Shown piece after piece: positions 1 through 64,000 of a stretch of DNA of 64,000 nucleotides. Below the pieces are notes generated by a model. That model saw nothing but the letters and a program-made list of their open reading frames with translations, did no database searches and had not been told where the DNA came from. This DNA is from Tubiluchus corallicola (lineage: Eukaryota > Animalia > Priapulida). Position 1 is the stretch's first letter; every line of letters starts with the position of its first letter. The stretch spans positions 186,001 through 250,000 of the forward strand of contig JAQGDQ010000091.1 in the NCBI GenBank assembly GCA_030141605.1, read 5' to 3'. The position numbers and the translations under genes were made by a program.

Positions 1-599
1 AATTTATTCATCATTATGCTCAAATTTAGAGCGTCAAAAGCTTTGCGAAGATCTAGGAAAACAGCACCAGTTAGTAAGCTTTTATCCATGCCATTATATA
101 TATGTTCAGCAAAATTCATATGATCAGGGGACCTACGCCATTGTCAAATGATTGAAATTCTTTCAAAGTTTACCCGAATACAATTTAAACCAAATAACAA
201 ATATGTAAATTAGAAACATAGTCAGGTAACACGACATAATGCACTGAATACGCCAGCTAGAAGTATTTTAGTATATTGGACCTTTCAGAATACGCTATAC
301 TACAGTTCATAAAGGTTTTGACTGAACTCTGTATAAATAAGAGTGTTCCAAATTTTGCAAGGGCAAATTTGGATACCGCTCAGCTAAACGAAGTTGTGTA
401 TGTTTGAAAAAATTTTAAAGTCAAATTGTTCTGTGCGAGCTAAATTAACTATGACGAGTTTCATCAAAATTTAATCGTTCTAGTAGAAAATATACTACAA
501 ACCTCGTTGGTCTTACAAAACGTCAAGCGTACTGAAAAACAGAAATACTGAAAATTATGGAAAAGTGCTAATGTTATCAAACAATCTAATAAATGCTTA

Positions 600-2190
600 C
601 AGCACCCCCGGCATTTCTAGTACCTTGACTTTTAAAGATTGCAGGCTTCATCTATTAGGCGGTAGACTGTCAAAAGCTGAAAAATGTAAGTAATTAACTG
701 GAACATATATCCGCAGTAAAAACAGAGTTCATTTAAATTTTGATCACAAAAAACAAAACATTGGGCAAAGTGCCATTAGATAAACCTGCAAAAATAAAAA
801 TAGTTCTTTATGACCGTGTATTTCGGCACTACTTTGATTGCAAGGAAATTGGGGGGGGGGAGGGGGAGGGGGAGGCCTGTTAGCTTTTACAATCAAATAA
901 TCAAACAACACAATCATTAACAAGTCACGAGGAATTATATTATATTACTATACAAGCATGTACAATCACAGAATCAAATAACACAATTATTAACAATACT
1001 AAAATACCACTATACTAAAACACAGCGGAACAATTAGTCTGGCTAGTCTACAGTTCAAGGTAGACCTGTCTTACACAGTTTAAATACAGAAAACTAAACA
1101 CTATTAATGTAAAAGGTCATTAAGAGCAGATACGTACATGAAGATTAGAGGGAAGTTTAAGCTATTTCAATGTTATAACAAGCCTAAAACGGAGTAAATG
1201 AGATGAAAAAACTATGAAAGAGAGATTAACAAGAAGACAAACGATGTAATATTTAATTAAAGGGGAAATTAATACCAGATGTATTAAAGTTCTTGCACAC
1301 TACAAATCAAGTTAAATTTAAGTTTATGTTAAGGCTGTCAAACGGTAAGCAATTATGAAACGGACTTCGCGACATTAGCTTTTGAGCCATTCAATTCGAT
1401 TTTATCAAGATAGTACGATTCTCTCGTTTTACGAATCACAGACGTTACAATATTCCGTAAGAGTCTGAACTGCATCCAGTAGTAGGGAGTTCCATTAGTT
1501 CTGGCCTTATTATGGTGATAGTCTCTCATTTTCATAAAAGAAATAATGTCATTAGTGATCCAAGGTTGATGTGCTCCTTTAAGTTTTCTTGTAATAAGCA
1601 AGGCATATTTGTTGAGGAAAAATGCCTTTAAAATTAGCCCAGCATTCGTGAACATTGTCACATAAAAGAAAATTTTTCTAGTTTGCTTTTCGTATATCAC
1701 TGAGGAAAGCGTTTTCATCAAAATTTTTATCGCAGCGGAAAGTTCTGATAACCGGCATAGCTTTAGATACAGAGATTTGTTTCTTATGCCATGACCCTCA
1801 TGGTGATCACTGAGCCCTATTGAAATGACACTAGACTTACAAATACGATCTTGATACTAACATATAGTCAATTAGGGTGTTTGTTTTAGATGTTTTACGA
1901 GGTGTGTCTGAAATGGACTTGGACTGTTCTAGAAATTTTGCTAGCAACATCTGGTTTCTTGCGATCAAAATTTAAATCACCAATAATAATTAGCTCACTA
2001 TGATTTAGTTCTGACATTTCATTACCAAAGTCGTTTCCAAAAGTTTCAATGTTGCCCTTAGAAGGCGGTCTATATGAAGAAGCTATAATACCTATAATAC
2101 TGTTTTTTAATTTTAAATTTATTATAGTGATTTATAGTCAGGTATTACATGAATAGCACGTCTATTATTATCCAAACAGTCAGATACACA
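600..2190 (-). mobile_element. Decayed CR1/L2-type LINE (APE endonuclease + linker remnants, internally deleted)
   Basis: Minus-strand remnants: IIASSYRPPSKGN (~2050-2090), IIIGDLNFD (~1964-1990) and ISIGLSDH (~1800-1825) are APE motifs. ORF 1353-1721 has the PWITNDI..MKMRD..RLLRNIVTSVIRK..YY linker typical of CR1/L2 ORF2. A possible C-terminal SLPP..SL remnant lies near 630-670. Boundaries approximate. Confidence 0.72.
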
Positions 2191-2194
2191 CACA

Positions 2195-2278
<84 letters not shown>

Positions 2279-3990
2279 GAGTTTATTTCGTATAAAATAT
2301 ACAGTTTACAAAGATAAAGATGTTAGTAAAACAGGTAATGCGATATTAGTAAGGTAACATATCTACAGACATTCAACTTTATAATAACCACACATTGTAG
2401 TTCCCTTGTAATTATATTACATTATACAGTGTTGTAAGGAGCTATAATAGATATCTTAAAACATAATCTTTAAATGAGTTCTTAACCTTTAATTTTACAT
2501 TTTCGTTTAGATCAGTACAGCCATATTTAAATCTTAAATTTACATGACTGTTATTTACATAGTAGCATAGCTTTGGAATGTGCAAGAGTTTACAATTTTT
2601 CTCACAAAGTTTAATTTTCGACTATCTATTAAATAATTCGCAGGCATTGTGCCACAAAAATACATTAACAATTTGACGCTTTCATTTTGTCTAAAATCGA
2701 ATATCTTTCTATAAGCAGTGTTCCATTTTACCTTAATGGCATTAACTTCATTGTTTGATATACCCCCAATTTCGCATCCGTATAGCAAATAAACGATCAG
2801 TTGTTTACCGCAAAAACAGATTACACCCCCTCCAGTAAAGCTTTTACCAAAATATAGAAGCCACGTTTTGTTAGGATTAAATGAGATACTCCATTCTATA
2901 CCATTTTTTTTACAGATTTTAAACATTCCACGTAAGTGTCTACATGACCCTGATAACAAGGCAATGTCATCAGCATACATGACAGTGCCTACAAAATTAT
3001 CTTCCACATAACAACCATAACCAGCTGAACGCAATTGACGTGTAAGGTCGTCTGTATATACAGCATATAAAATCGGTGATAATACACCTCCTTGTCTGAC
3101 ACCTGTTTTTATACAAAATTGGGCAATATACTGATCTTGCCATTTGACACAGGCCGTAAGTTTACTATACCAATTCATTAATACGTTAACAAATATCTTG
3201 GGAACCCGTTTTTCTAGCAGTTTTATAAACAACCCTCCGTGCGGTACTCTATCAAAAAGCTTTGGAGGCATCTAGAAATGCGACATATACAGGATTATTT
3301 CTTACGGTGAAAAAAATTTACCGTTTCTTTTATGGTATATATCGCATGATTGCAACTTGATTCAACTTTAAAACCGAATTGTAATTCATCACTTTCTAAG
3401 CAATCACCAAACTTTGCCAGTAAAACAGTTTCAAATAATTTTGAGATAGTGGGAGATAGAGTCACTGCACGATAATTATTGAAATCTGTTAGGTCGCCAT
3501 TGTTATCTTTAACAACAGGTATAATTATTCCTTTCCCAAAATCATTTGGCACTTAACAGTGTATGTATATAAGATTAAACAGCATTGCTATGTACAGTGA
3601 TAATACTCTAGGAGCATATAACAAATGTTCAGTATATATTTGATCATAGCCTGCTGATTTACCTTTGCTCATGGTTTGTATCATGGCATATATTTCATCT
3701 ACACTAACAGTACAGCCATATAACGAGCCCTCAGAATAATTAGTTAGTTTAGTAAGTACATCTGTCTTCAAAGATTCATCCTTGACGATATCATCTGGTT
3801 GAAATATTTTTTCAAACCCAAGCTTAAACTCATTTAATACAGGTTTTAATCCAACAGCATCATTGAGCTCATTAGTGTACTTTACATTTTCTGGACAATG
3901 TCGTTTCTTCCATATTTTCCAAAAACTATTCATATTCTTGCCCATCAACTCAGTATACATTTGTTCATTGTTACTTTTGTCGACATTTTT
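2195..3990 (-). mobile_element. 5'-truncated non-LTR retrotransposon (LINE RT pseudogene, possibly RTE/RTEX-like) with (TAA)n tail
   Basis: Minus-strand ORFs 3553-3960, 3295-3552 and 2555-3271 join across an in-frame stop and a frameshift. They carry the RT motifs GKSAGYD, IIIPVVKD..NNYRAVTL, QFGFK, GVRQGGVLSP and YADDIALL. AATAAA (minus, 2282-2287) is followed almost immediately by a (TAA)n tail at 2195-2278. Clade is inferred. Confidence 0.88.
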
Positions 3991-6900
3991 TTGGGCATTA
4001 CTTATAGCTTTTATGTAAGCATCATATATATAGCCCCACCTTCTCCTTCACGTATAACACATATACACACTACCTGCTTAGTTTTGTGATGTTTTACTTA
4101 AAATATGGTCGCACTAAAAAAAACTGAGCATTAAAGATCAAATTTAAACTAATACATGCGTTACAAGTTTACTAGAAATGTTATAACCTGCCAACTAGGT
4201 TTTTATCACTAGGGAGTTTTGCTGGATTTAGATAAAAAAGTAATTTAAGTGTCACGCCGTTTCCGCGACCCCCTTTAATGTGGTGACGCAACAATTCATG
4301 CATAATCGCATTCTTATTCAGTATAGATCATTTCTTTATCATGAGATCCTGTAATAAATAATAATATATAAGCCCTATGATCACTGTGCTTCCTTGTGTT
4401 GTTTAACCAATAAGAGTAATTTTGCCAGATAAACTATGCAAACATAATCTGTATACTTTGGATTTTTGAGCTCATTTGCTTGCTAATACTTAAGTTGAAG
4501 AGAGGTACAACTGATTTTACCTATGTAAAACGCCACTAGTTTCGGATGATTTTGTGAAGTACGATTAAAAGGTACGTATGTATAAAATATTACTTTCACA
4601 ATAATGTCAGTATTCAGTAATGACGTCATGTATTTCGTATTACTAGTGTGCAATAATGTATGATTCATTCAAATCAAATCCAGCTGCGTTATTACTATAT
4701 ACTGCATATTTTAACATAGTGAATATGTAAAAATTAACACTATATTTGAATAATATAATATAATCCTATACTGATTTCTTTCAACTTCATAATACTGAAA
4801 AAACGTTAATAAACATTGAGAAAATATCTGAAAAAAATATAAGAAATTATCGCATGGAATGTATGGATGTTTCACAATAAGAACCAATCTAAGATATGAG
4901 TACATCTGGTATGATTTAATTCGAGAGTGGTTAATTTATAGTACAACTGAGTACAACACGTATGTATAACTGCCCCTCCTTGACGCTTATAGCAGAGGCG
5001 ATAATTGTTATGATACTTGTAGTGTGACTTAATTAAATTAAAGAGAAATATCATCAGTAGCGCAGACAAATAAATGTATTTGATGAATTTAGCTGATTTA
5101 CAACATAGAGATTTTTTTCCATTTCGACAATGGGCAAAACATTGAAGTAAGCAATACCACAATAATAGAAAACAGCCTCGATAAAGCAAATAAATGCTCT
5201 GCCAAGGCAAAGTGTTCCTCATACAATCTACATTATCTAGAAGTCTTGCACGACTTTTGTAAAAATAACGGTATGCTTAGTTGTTTCTTGAAAGCTAAAA
5301 GAAGCTCTGGTTATGTGCAAGAAACAACAAGGTTGGCTGAGTTAACTAACTGGCTGATGTAGGCGAAGGAAGTCCACAGGGAAGGGCAAAACTTCTAATT
5401 TGTTCAAAACTTGGTATGTAAAAAAATCGTACCAAGATAGAATAAATTTAACCTTGTTAAGATGTGAATCTGTAACTTACGAATTTTTGTTTTACCATTT
5501 TACCAACTGAACTAGGCAGCCAATCCCCAAGAATAATCTTATACGAAACCTGATACGCATCAGATGATAGCCATGAACTTATTAAAAAGCTTCTGTCGCG
5601 CTTATTCGAGACCATGTAATTTCTCAGGCCAACTCTAATGAAATGATAGAACTCATAGTTTATTGAAACGTTTATATGGCAAGAACGTTCTAGTTAAACT
5701 ACCTTTGTTCAAACCCATGATGTTTTGTGGATACTCGCTTTTTGGCTGATTTTTGATAAAATCAATTTATTGTTGGATTTTACGTCACGCGATTTCGTTT
5801 GTACTACAAATCTGAACTTCACCGCTAATAATTTTATTAAAAAAATTAAAGTCACCATTACATATGGGAAACAGATTAAAGGAATTTCATTTATTGCGCA
5901 TTATAGAAAAATGCTTAAAAATTACATCGTAAACTAATCAGACTTTATTTGCTTTTATGACTATCGCTATATACTAATATTCTAAGACTGATTTAAATAA
6001 GTTCTACACCACAGAATAATTAGTCTGTCACATTTCTCAACGTAAAGTATATGAATAAGAAACACGATAAGGATATTAATAATCGAAGTTACCATAGTAA
6101 GGATTATTAATTATTATACGCATACGGTATGTGATGATGTATACCTTATATAAGTAACTATTCTGGACTTCTGATACGTAGTAGTGCGTCTTAATTTATA
6201 TGTAGGTTGGGCTTATGATTTTGTCATTTCCTAATATGCGGCGATAAATTTGAAAATGATGTTGCCTTACAAAAAAGTTCCAAAGACGAAAACAATATTC
6301 TGTTATCTAAATGCACAATTAGTTAAGATCAGTAAGGGATGACAAGCCGATGAACGTCTGTATGATGTACACAAACTACCAATTACAATGAATGTAGTTT
6401 TAAATAAATACGTTATTGATGTTGGTTCAAAGGGCACATTGGTTATTGACTGTTGATTATCATTAAATGTTAGTGAGTGTTTTAGACATCAACATGGGAA
6501 GTTCCCGTTGGTAAATCAAGATAAATTAGGTTACTGTGTTTGACATGTGACAAGGTATTTACATTGTACTAAGCTAGCACATTATAAACCAAGAAATGTA
6601 CAGCACACGGAACTAATTTTTAGAATAATTATGCAGTGAATTTAATTTTTTTACACACAGCCTGTCACATCTTAGTTACTTTAAAAACTTTATAAACGTT
6701 GGAAACCTTTCGTTGTGTTACATAAGCAGTTTTCTACCCTACATGGAATTGAAGGCGAAAAAAGCAAAAAAAGCGTACAAGGTAACTCCGCGTTAATTTG
6801 CCAGAGGTTGGTTTTTGGTGTAAGATTTTTCTAAAATATCGAAAGAAAGCATGCCTTTTGATACACATGGTAAGGTACCTTGAATATGCTTTTTTCAAGC

Positions 6901-7829
6901 TTAAGCTCGCCTTTTACTTCAACATGATACCATCTGGCCAAAAAACAAGCTAAAATACTCGCAATAAGCTCAATTGCAATTATTTGGTTGTATTGTTATT
7001 GTAAAACCATGAAAGCCCAAATTAATTGAAAGACAATTCGTTTTCCCTATAGAAAACGGAGATTATTTAAAGTAAATTTTATCTTAGAATTGCATAAATC
7101 TTTGAGGCAGCTGCCAATTTGGATTTGAGATTCTCTGTGTCAGAAAAGATTTTGCAAAAGACTTTTTCAACGGCTTTATAAAATTAATAAATTTATAATT
7201 GTTTCTTATGAGATATAAACACTCACATTTAAGGTTGGAATTTGGAATCTTAGAATCTGAAAATTTCTGCATGCAAAATTAGCATAACTAATAGGCGCCC
7301 CTGTATTTGGCGTGATGTTTCTTTTGCCAGAATATTATGCACAGTATGCGGATAATCATTTTAGTAGAGTCTTTTTGCCTCACGTCCTCCATTTGCCACA
7401 AGTCAAATTGCCTCTCCTCTTTTACAAGAGTATCTGATTCAAGAAAGTGCATTCCAAATAATATGCGTAGTCTTAAAATATTATTTTTACTATAAAAGTA
7501 CATTTTGATAAACGTGTATAAAAGTGGCATTATTTTTGTGGTGAATTTCTTAAAAATCTAATGCCAAAAAAAGAAAGTTTGGTGGATTTTTAACTTGAAG
7601 AGAGGTGGTTTTCTACCTTAAACTGTGGCAGAATATTATATCCTGCAGATCAGTAGAACAGTAGTTCGGAGAAAGATTAATATCTAGCAGTTGGCTAATC
7701 GTTGGTAACAATTCGTTCCTGAAATTTTGAAATTTCCTTCTTTGGAGGAACTCTCCTGGCTGAAAACTCCGATTGTATTACTAGTCCAAATTTATCCAGT
7801 AGAGCTCTTTTTGAAGTTGAAGCAAAACA

Positions 7830-27110
<19,281 letters not shown>

Positions 27111-30038
27111 AGCAAATTTATTAACATTTGTGATAATAACAATAATGTGATATTTCTTTGTGTTTTTCATTTATGTTGATATTGATTCTAATAATTTGTT
27201 TGCACTGAGAGACTTAGTTCAGACTGAGTTCTAACTGGGTCACTGCAAGCTGCATGCGTGCCTATGGCTTTTATTTTATTTTATTTTATTTATTATTTTA
27301 ATTCTTGTGATTGTCAGTTTTAGATTATTTTATAACTACTTTTACAAATTTACAAATGTCCTTAATGATAAACAAGTGTTCGAAGGCGTGGCTTTGCAAT
27401 GTTAATATTAATTATTATAATGCGGTTCAAAAGATAGCTGCTTACAATCGAAAACATGTATACTAGTCACTAAAAAGATACAATGCCAACTACAAATAAA
27501 AACCAGTAAATTAAAATAAAAAAACCAAGTTATAAGCTAGTTTAGCAGAAGTTTCTTAAATAGTTTCATTGTGTTTAGTTGCATAGCCTGCCTAGAATTT
27601 AAACTGTTTATACATGTATTAAAGTTTAATATTCGTAATTGTCAATCGGTTATGCTTTTACAAATATTGAGATGTACAATATATATAATTTAATCTCGCA
27701 CTGTAATTTACAACATTTTAATAAAGTTTACTATATTTATTAAAATAATATAAGGAATGCTGATATTGGCTTGTTGTGAACTTGGGCAGAAATTTCTGGA
27801 GAAGCAAATTGAATAAAAGATGTTGCTGAGATTTTCGGTTTATAAAAGACCCTAAGTCTTATTAAGTTTTATAACGCCTGTCACTGCTGGAAAATCTCGC
27901 CACTCCTTATCTGAAATGTTCAACCAATATCGCTGAAGATCGACTATTTGAACATACTCTAAAGCAAGACATTCTACTAGACTGCCTAGCAAGAATGCAT
28001 AAATTTTGATTGAAACTTTATCATGACAATGAAAATAAAACGAAAAAAATGTATGAGGGTATGCGTGTGAAACAGAAAGAAAGAGGGGGTATGTCTCCAG
28101 ACGGTGTTTAATTCGCGAAACATGTTTTCGCAATAATAATGACTGTGTGTCTCGTAACAACAGCGTTCCAACAACCAACCAGTGTTAGAGATCACCCTAA
28201 TAACTTAACAGTCTTGATGGCGATGATAATTATAATGACAATAGAACAACGATGGTGGTTACAGTCATGACTAAATGTTTGTGTAATGACAGCGATAAAG
28301 ACGACTGTGAAGATGATGACAATAATTACAATGAAGACGACGATTGTAATGATGACCACAATTAGTTTCACAATATGAATGAAGAATTAAAATTGGAATT
28401 GAAAATGAATGAAGAGTTGGAATGCAAAAGCAGGCCAAATTGATTTAATGAGCCGTTATTTCAATTTTGTCAAAAACAGTGTAGATATTTTGTTAATATA
28501 TTTTGCTAATTCTTTAGAATTAAGAGGCTGGACTGGCTTTAATGGTTTATTTGATGGCAGCCAAAAAACGAATTTGCACTTCGTGAAAAACTTCAAAACT
28601 GCCCACCGAACATTATTTTAAAATACTAAATTGCCTAATCAAAATTAGCCTGATTAATTTTTTCCCAAATAATTTTGCAATGTTTGTTATCGAAATTTTC
28701 AGTGAAAAGAGAAAGGAAAGCAAGCTTTGCCAGAAAGAAATAAAGTATAAGATAAACACTTCGAACAGCTTATAAGGAACTTTAAGTTTGATAAAGCTCC
28801 AGATCTATTATTTCTATGTACATCACGCTCTGTCTTAGATACTAATTGACTAACGACGTTTATCATGCGGTGACGTCTTTTAGTTGGGCTACATATAGAG
28901 CAAAATGCACGGCACCAAAGTGCTAGACTTTCCCACAGTAGAAGAACGAACGAGAAATGCATACGTCATGCTTCTGTTGCTCCCGAAATGTATTGAGATG
29001 TCGGTTAGCCAAGAATGCATAAAGGTGTCTTGGCTCGTTTCCAAAGAAATTGGTGCTCACTTTCATGTGTACTATCGACTTTCCAGTAGACTTTTGAAGC
29101 CAAGTTTGATGCTATCACAATTCTCATAAATCGTAGACTGAGCAACTAAATTGTCATGTGGTTCCTGTTGCAATTGCTGTTTTATCAAACTTTTAAAATA
29201 GTGAGGGATATATGAAACACCCATTAGCAAAAGAAGGTACATGGAACAGTAAACAATTATTTAACACAAAACAACAACAAGTAAAAAATAATAAAACGAT
29301 GGTTGAATAACCTGTATATGGTATATTTAATGTTATAATAATTATAAATCAAGACGTTCTTTGGTTTATATTATTACATACTGTGTAAAGGTTAGCCAAG
29401 TATTGTTTTTTCTTTTGTTTGTTGTTAAATTTTAATCATGGTATGGCCGCAGGACTTAAGATGCTCAGAGATAGACATCCTTTTCGAGGATTTTCTTTAA
29501 AATTTTCCTTTTACTTAGTTTAAAAGTGTGAAGTTTCGCTGAGAGAACGTGACTTGGTATGTATTGATCAAAATTTGTCTTTTTAGCTTATCATTTATTA
29601 GTTTTTGTTTAATTAGTGTCTACATCTAATTGAATTAAATTATAAAGTTGTACATTTAATGGCATTTTTGGTTGGCTTAGTTTTCTATCCTACATCTATC
29701 CTATATGAATATAGAGCAATTGCACCCTACATATTTGCGTTCTTGATACAAGACAAAATTTTCATTTATGTAGGCTTTCATACCAATTTCGGAATGTTGA
29801 CAGTGATTAAGCTGTTTGTAAGTCCAAAGCTTAAATAAATAATAATTGATAACTGGACATTGCAAAGCGCTTGTTATTGTTCGCCATTAGCCACTGGCAT
29901 GTTTTCGTTTTAATGGAAACGCTATGAATGTTAATGTTATATACTAAAGTTGGATTTCAGTTATATTAGTGTCGCAAATTGAAATAATGTGATGAACAAG
30001 CTTCCTAAATTGTGATTATTAAAAAAACACATGATAAA

Positions 30039-47482
<17,444 letters not shown>

Positions 47483-48954
47483 ACATTTGCACTTGCTTAT
47501 CAAAAATTGTCACTGTGATGTCTTCAGTTTTTAACTTTAGTTTGACATCGATATGTTATGCCTAAGTAGGACTTTATCAACTTTTTTTCACTGTTGTATT
47601 TTTTAACATTGTTTTGTTTCTATAACATTGGCTTAACATTTGTTTAACATATGTTATGGTTTTGTTGTTAATGAATGAACTAAGTACATTACTTTTAATT
47701 AAAGTGTCTCATTTGGTGGCCGGTGATCTTTTGCCGTCCTTCTCTCTAAAAATAAGTTTATAAGTCCCGAGTTTTTATAAATTCTTTATCATTTTGTCTA
47801 ATAGGCTAAACAAATTTTGACTTGACTCATTTAATTTGAGAGCCCTTTCTCACATTGAATGATCAAACAAGCTGCCTTACAACATTGAGTTGATGAACCC
47901 AAGACTGCTTTATTCTCGAATTAGCCGCTTCAACAATTTAGTATTGCCCGATAATGCTGTAAGTTTCAAAAATCCATGTACCACTCTTTCTTTCATTCTT
48001 TCATACTTCTAAGAGGTCTAAGAATTATAAATAAAGCGCATCAGCATTGGTGCTTGTATGGACGGTAAGGCAAATTTGACAACTGTTATTACTGAATATT
48101 GTTAATCAAACACAACTAATTCAAAACAGGCCTAGGAGGAAACGGTAGTTAGTCAAAAAATATGGAAAACTATATTTTCATTCCGAATGTGATTCGACCT
48201 GCTTTTCACTGTAATTCCGTCTAGGAGAAAGTTCTTACCAGCCGAAAAAAGATAACGATTTTCTTCTTGACAATTTATTTTCTATTGGCACATACCCGTA
48301 GTAGTCCTATATTGTCTGCAAACTCACTTCAAAAAACCAAGTCATTAAAATTTTGAAAACAAAATTCGGAACTTCTTCAGTGCCCTGGTATAGTGACAGA
48401 CGTGTTAGGTGAGTGGAACCACATTCATTTCTTGATTGTCCATTATAACATTGCAGAAACGTCTAAAGTAGGCCTACTACTAACATGAATTTAAAATAAA
48501 TGTAAAATATGCGGGAAGATTAACCGTGTATTTTCCTTAACAGAAATTGTTTTGCGTCTTTGTCAATTCTCGAAAAGAAAGGCATCTGAGATCGGGTTTT
48601 ATTCGGGTAAGGAGACGATTGCCCTGTCCTCTACCAGCAGGCGCTCCCGCCACCACCTAAAGAAAATTTTCACTTGGTGTCCACCAGACTTTTGTTTATA
48701 GCACAACAATCTGTATTGTAAAATGTGTTTTTCAGTTAGCCTACTTCATAAATATCCTGAGAGTCTATAACAGTTAGCATTGATATGAGGTCTATAACAT
48801 CATGTACACAAGCGCCTTGTTTACTAGACTTTGGCTATTATGTATAGTGTCTTGTTCAATAAAGACAAACTTGTCCAGAGGTAAATAACCACTGATAAAA
48901 GATCGCGACAAAGTAAGTTAATATCAAAAACAGTAGTCATCACTTCCTGTCAGC

Positions 48955-49184
48955 TATAAACTTAGTATAGAAATTACGTAGAGCTAAGTAGCCTCCATGT
49001 TTTATTGTTTGCAAATAAAAAACAATTCGCTAGAATTTCTGCTGAACACTCGACGAGGAACAAATAACATGTGGTGTCTGATGAAAGATTGATCAAAGCA
49101 TAGATGTCAAATAATGTCTGATATAACTATGCAGATTCCCAGAGGGTGGCAAATCATACACTTTAATCGAAGCAGTAGGTAAGT
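48955..49184 (+). promoter_or_regulatory. Candidate promoter / first exon of CHS3
   Basis: TATAAA at 48955-48960 and a consensus donor AG|GTAAGT at 49178/49179, upstream of the CHS3 acceptor TTTTTGCAG at 50971. Confidence 0.35.
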
Positions 49185-50977
49185 ACTCATGTCAAGTATT
49201 TACGTTGTTTAAGTCAAATGGAGTATTTACTTGTTTAAAAGTAACATGCCAATTGAATAATTTTATTTAGTTTGAAGAATGTAACACGACGATGATGGCG
49301 GTGATAGTGAATTACGAGATGACGAATCTGACAAGCGCGTTCATTTTGTTTGAAAATGGTTTAAATTAAAAGTAATTTTTGCGTTATCGTTGATAATCCC
49401 GGAAATATGTACGCCCCTATGCAACAGTTTAGTTCAAATCTCCATTCCATGATCTTGTTTTAGTTATTATAACACGAATCACAAATATTTCAAACAAGTG
49501 CAAGGTAATTACAAATTAAGTTAGCAAATTCGCCTTATTAAGTCTGAACATCTAAAGAGGGTTCATATGAGCTAGAAATACCAGCACTGAAAGCAATATA
49601 AAGTGTAAAAAGCACTTTTCTATATTCATATGAGGCATTGAAACAGCAGACGTATGCTGTTTGAAATTAAATTTTCCTTCAACGAGAGAAATAGCTAGTG
49701 GCACAGGATGTAAAATAATCATTCGCTGGGGGAGTGGGGTGGGGTTACAAAGTCAAGGAGTAGTACTAATTTATTGCACCAGTGTACTACCGAATCAACA
49801 GAAAAACAATTATGCCTTCAATATTTAGTGTGAAAGACCTCTGTGATCTCACTTAGCCTTCATACTTGAAGGGTATGATCAGAGACTCGAATACTTCAGG
49901 GTCGAACACATCTAGCGGATGCCTCGTAAGCTTGTCTTTTGAACACCGATAAATGGTACAGTTGTGGATCATCTTAGCGTCCAATTTAAATTTTCAGGAT
50001 AGCTCACCGTGTTCGGTGAGGTTGAAGTTGGTGAATTTCGAGGTCCGTCAATGCGATCTGGTCAGATCATGCCCCTCAAGACTGCGAGCTATACGAGAGG
50101 CTTGGGACTTCCACACTAAATAGTGAGGGCGTGACAAATTGCTATTGATTCGGCAAAATTTGACGTAAAAATTTTCTGTACGGTTGTCGTTGTTTTTGTA
50201 CCGCCCTAGCAAATTGTATTTTGTACACAGTAGCAAGATAAAGCCTGTCATCGAGTAATTTCACTAGCAGTCACCCTTCCATTTACTACCAACTAGAGTG
50301 CTGCTTCTTTAACTATATTAAAACTACAAGCAGAACGCTTAGATACAATAGGTAATGCATGTTATGACCGAAAAATCAATCTGAGTAATTCTTTATGTTT
50401 ACTTGTTACATAAGGAAACTCACGGTAAATTACCTACTGTTATCGCCGTACCATCAGATAAGGTTAACACTACGTAAAGAGAGACGGGTAGAAGCCTGAC
50501 CTATTATTATCTAGACTGGCATAACTTAACAAATACTATTATTTAGAGCAGCCTACTCAGACGTTCCGCCACTTTCATTATTCATCATAGTGATAAGAAT
50601 AACTGCTTTTTTTGTGGACTAAGAGCGCAACTACAGCTTTATGTCAGTGTCGCAGTTGCCAAGTGTTATTTGTTAAGGTTCTTAATTTTTAGTATTTTTG
50701 CAGTCACTCGCTTGCGAAGTAATTCCACAAAGCCGTTTATTTTTGCTGTGATGCTCTAGACCCAATAACTCATGTTATAAGTTTCTAATTAGTTTTTAAT
50801 ATCGTGACGTCACTACGTATTCTAAATGTTTGGGGTAAAATAGCGATGCAAAGCAACGATAAACCTTGTTCTAAATGACGTGTCTAAACAGTTTGGCAGA
50901 AAACTCAATAAGCGAGTAACTCAATGCTTCACATTACAGTCTAGTTTGTAATTTAGCTTCTGTTTTTGCAGAAAGTA

Positions 50978-64000
<13,023 letters not shown>

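Noticed and set aside
2555-3960. Active reverse transcriptase or retron-like system
   Set aside because: In-frame stop at 3553-3555, a frameshift near 3280 and no endonuclease/5' end indicate a dead LINE copy.

Overview
AT-rich, intron-containing animal genomic DNA. The window is dominated by a head-to-tail array of three spliced chitin synthase (GT2/CHS) genes on the + strand. I traced their GT-AG exons by hand and checked the phases. CHS copy 1 spans 7830-27110 (19 coding exons, ~1754 aa), copy 2 spans 30039-47482 (20 coding exons, ~1724 aa), and copy 3 starts at ~50978 and runs off the window inside the catalytic domain. Copies 1 and 2 have intact CATMWHET, LDGD, GEDRW, QRRRW and SWGTRE motifs. 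The sequences resemble arthropod/ecdysozoan-type CHS, and no myosin motor domain is seen. The introns and the first 4 kb hold decayed LINEs, Academ-like and MITE relics, a tRNA-like SINE head and long microsatellites, which explain most low-complexity ORFs in the track. The most notable details are an exon-restricted gene-conversion-like tract between copies 1 and 2, a 123-bp splice-acceptor duplication with the extra AG inactivated, Val at the benzoylurea/etoxazole-resistance position, and motif-rich C-terminal tails. Family and taxon assignments come from recalled motifs, not database searches.
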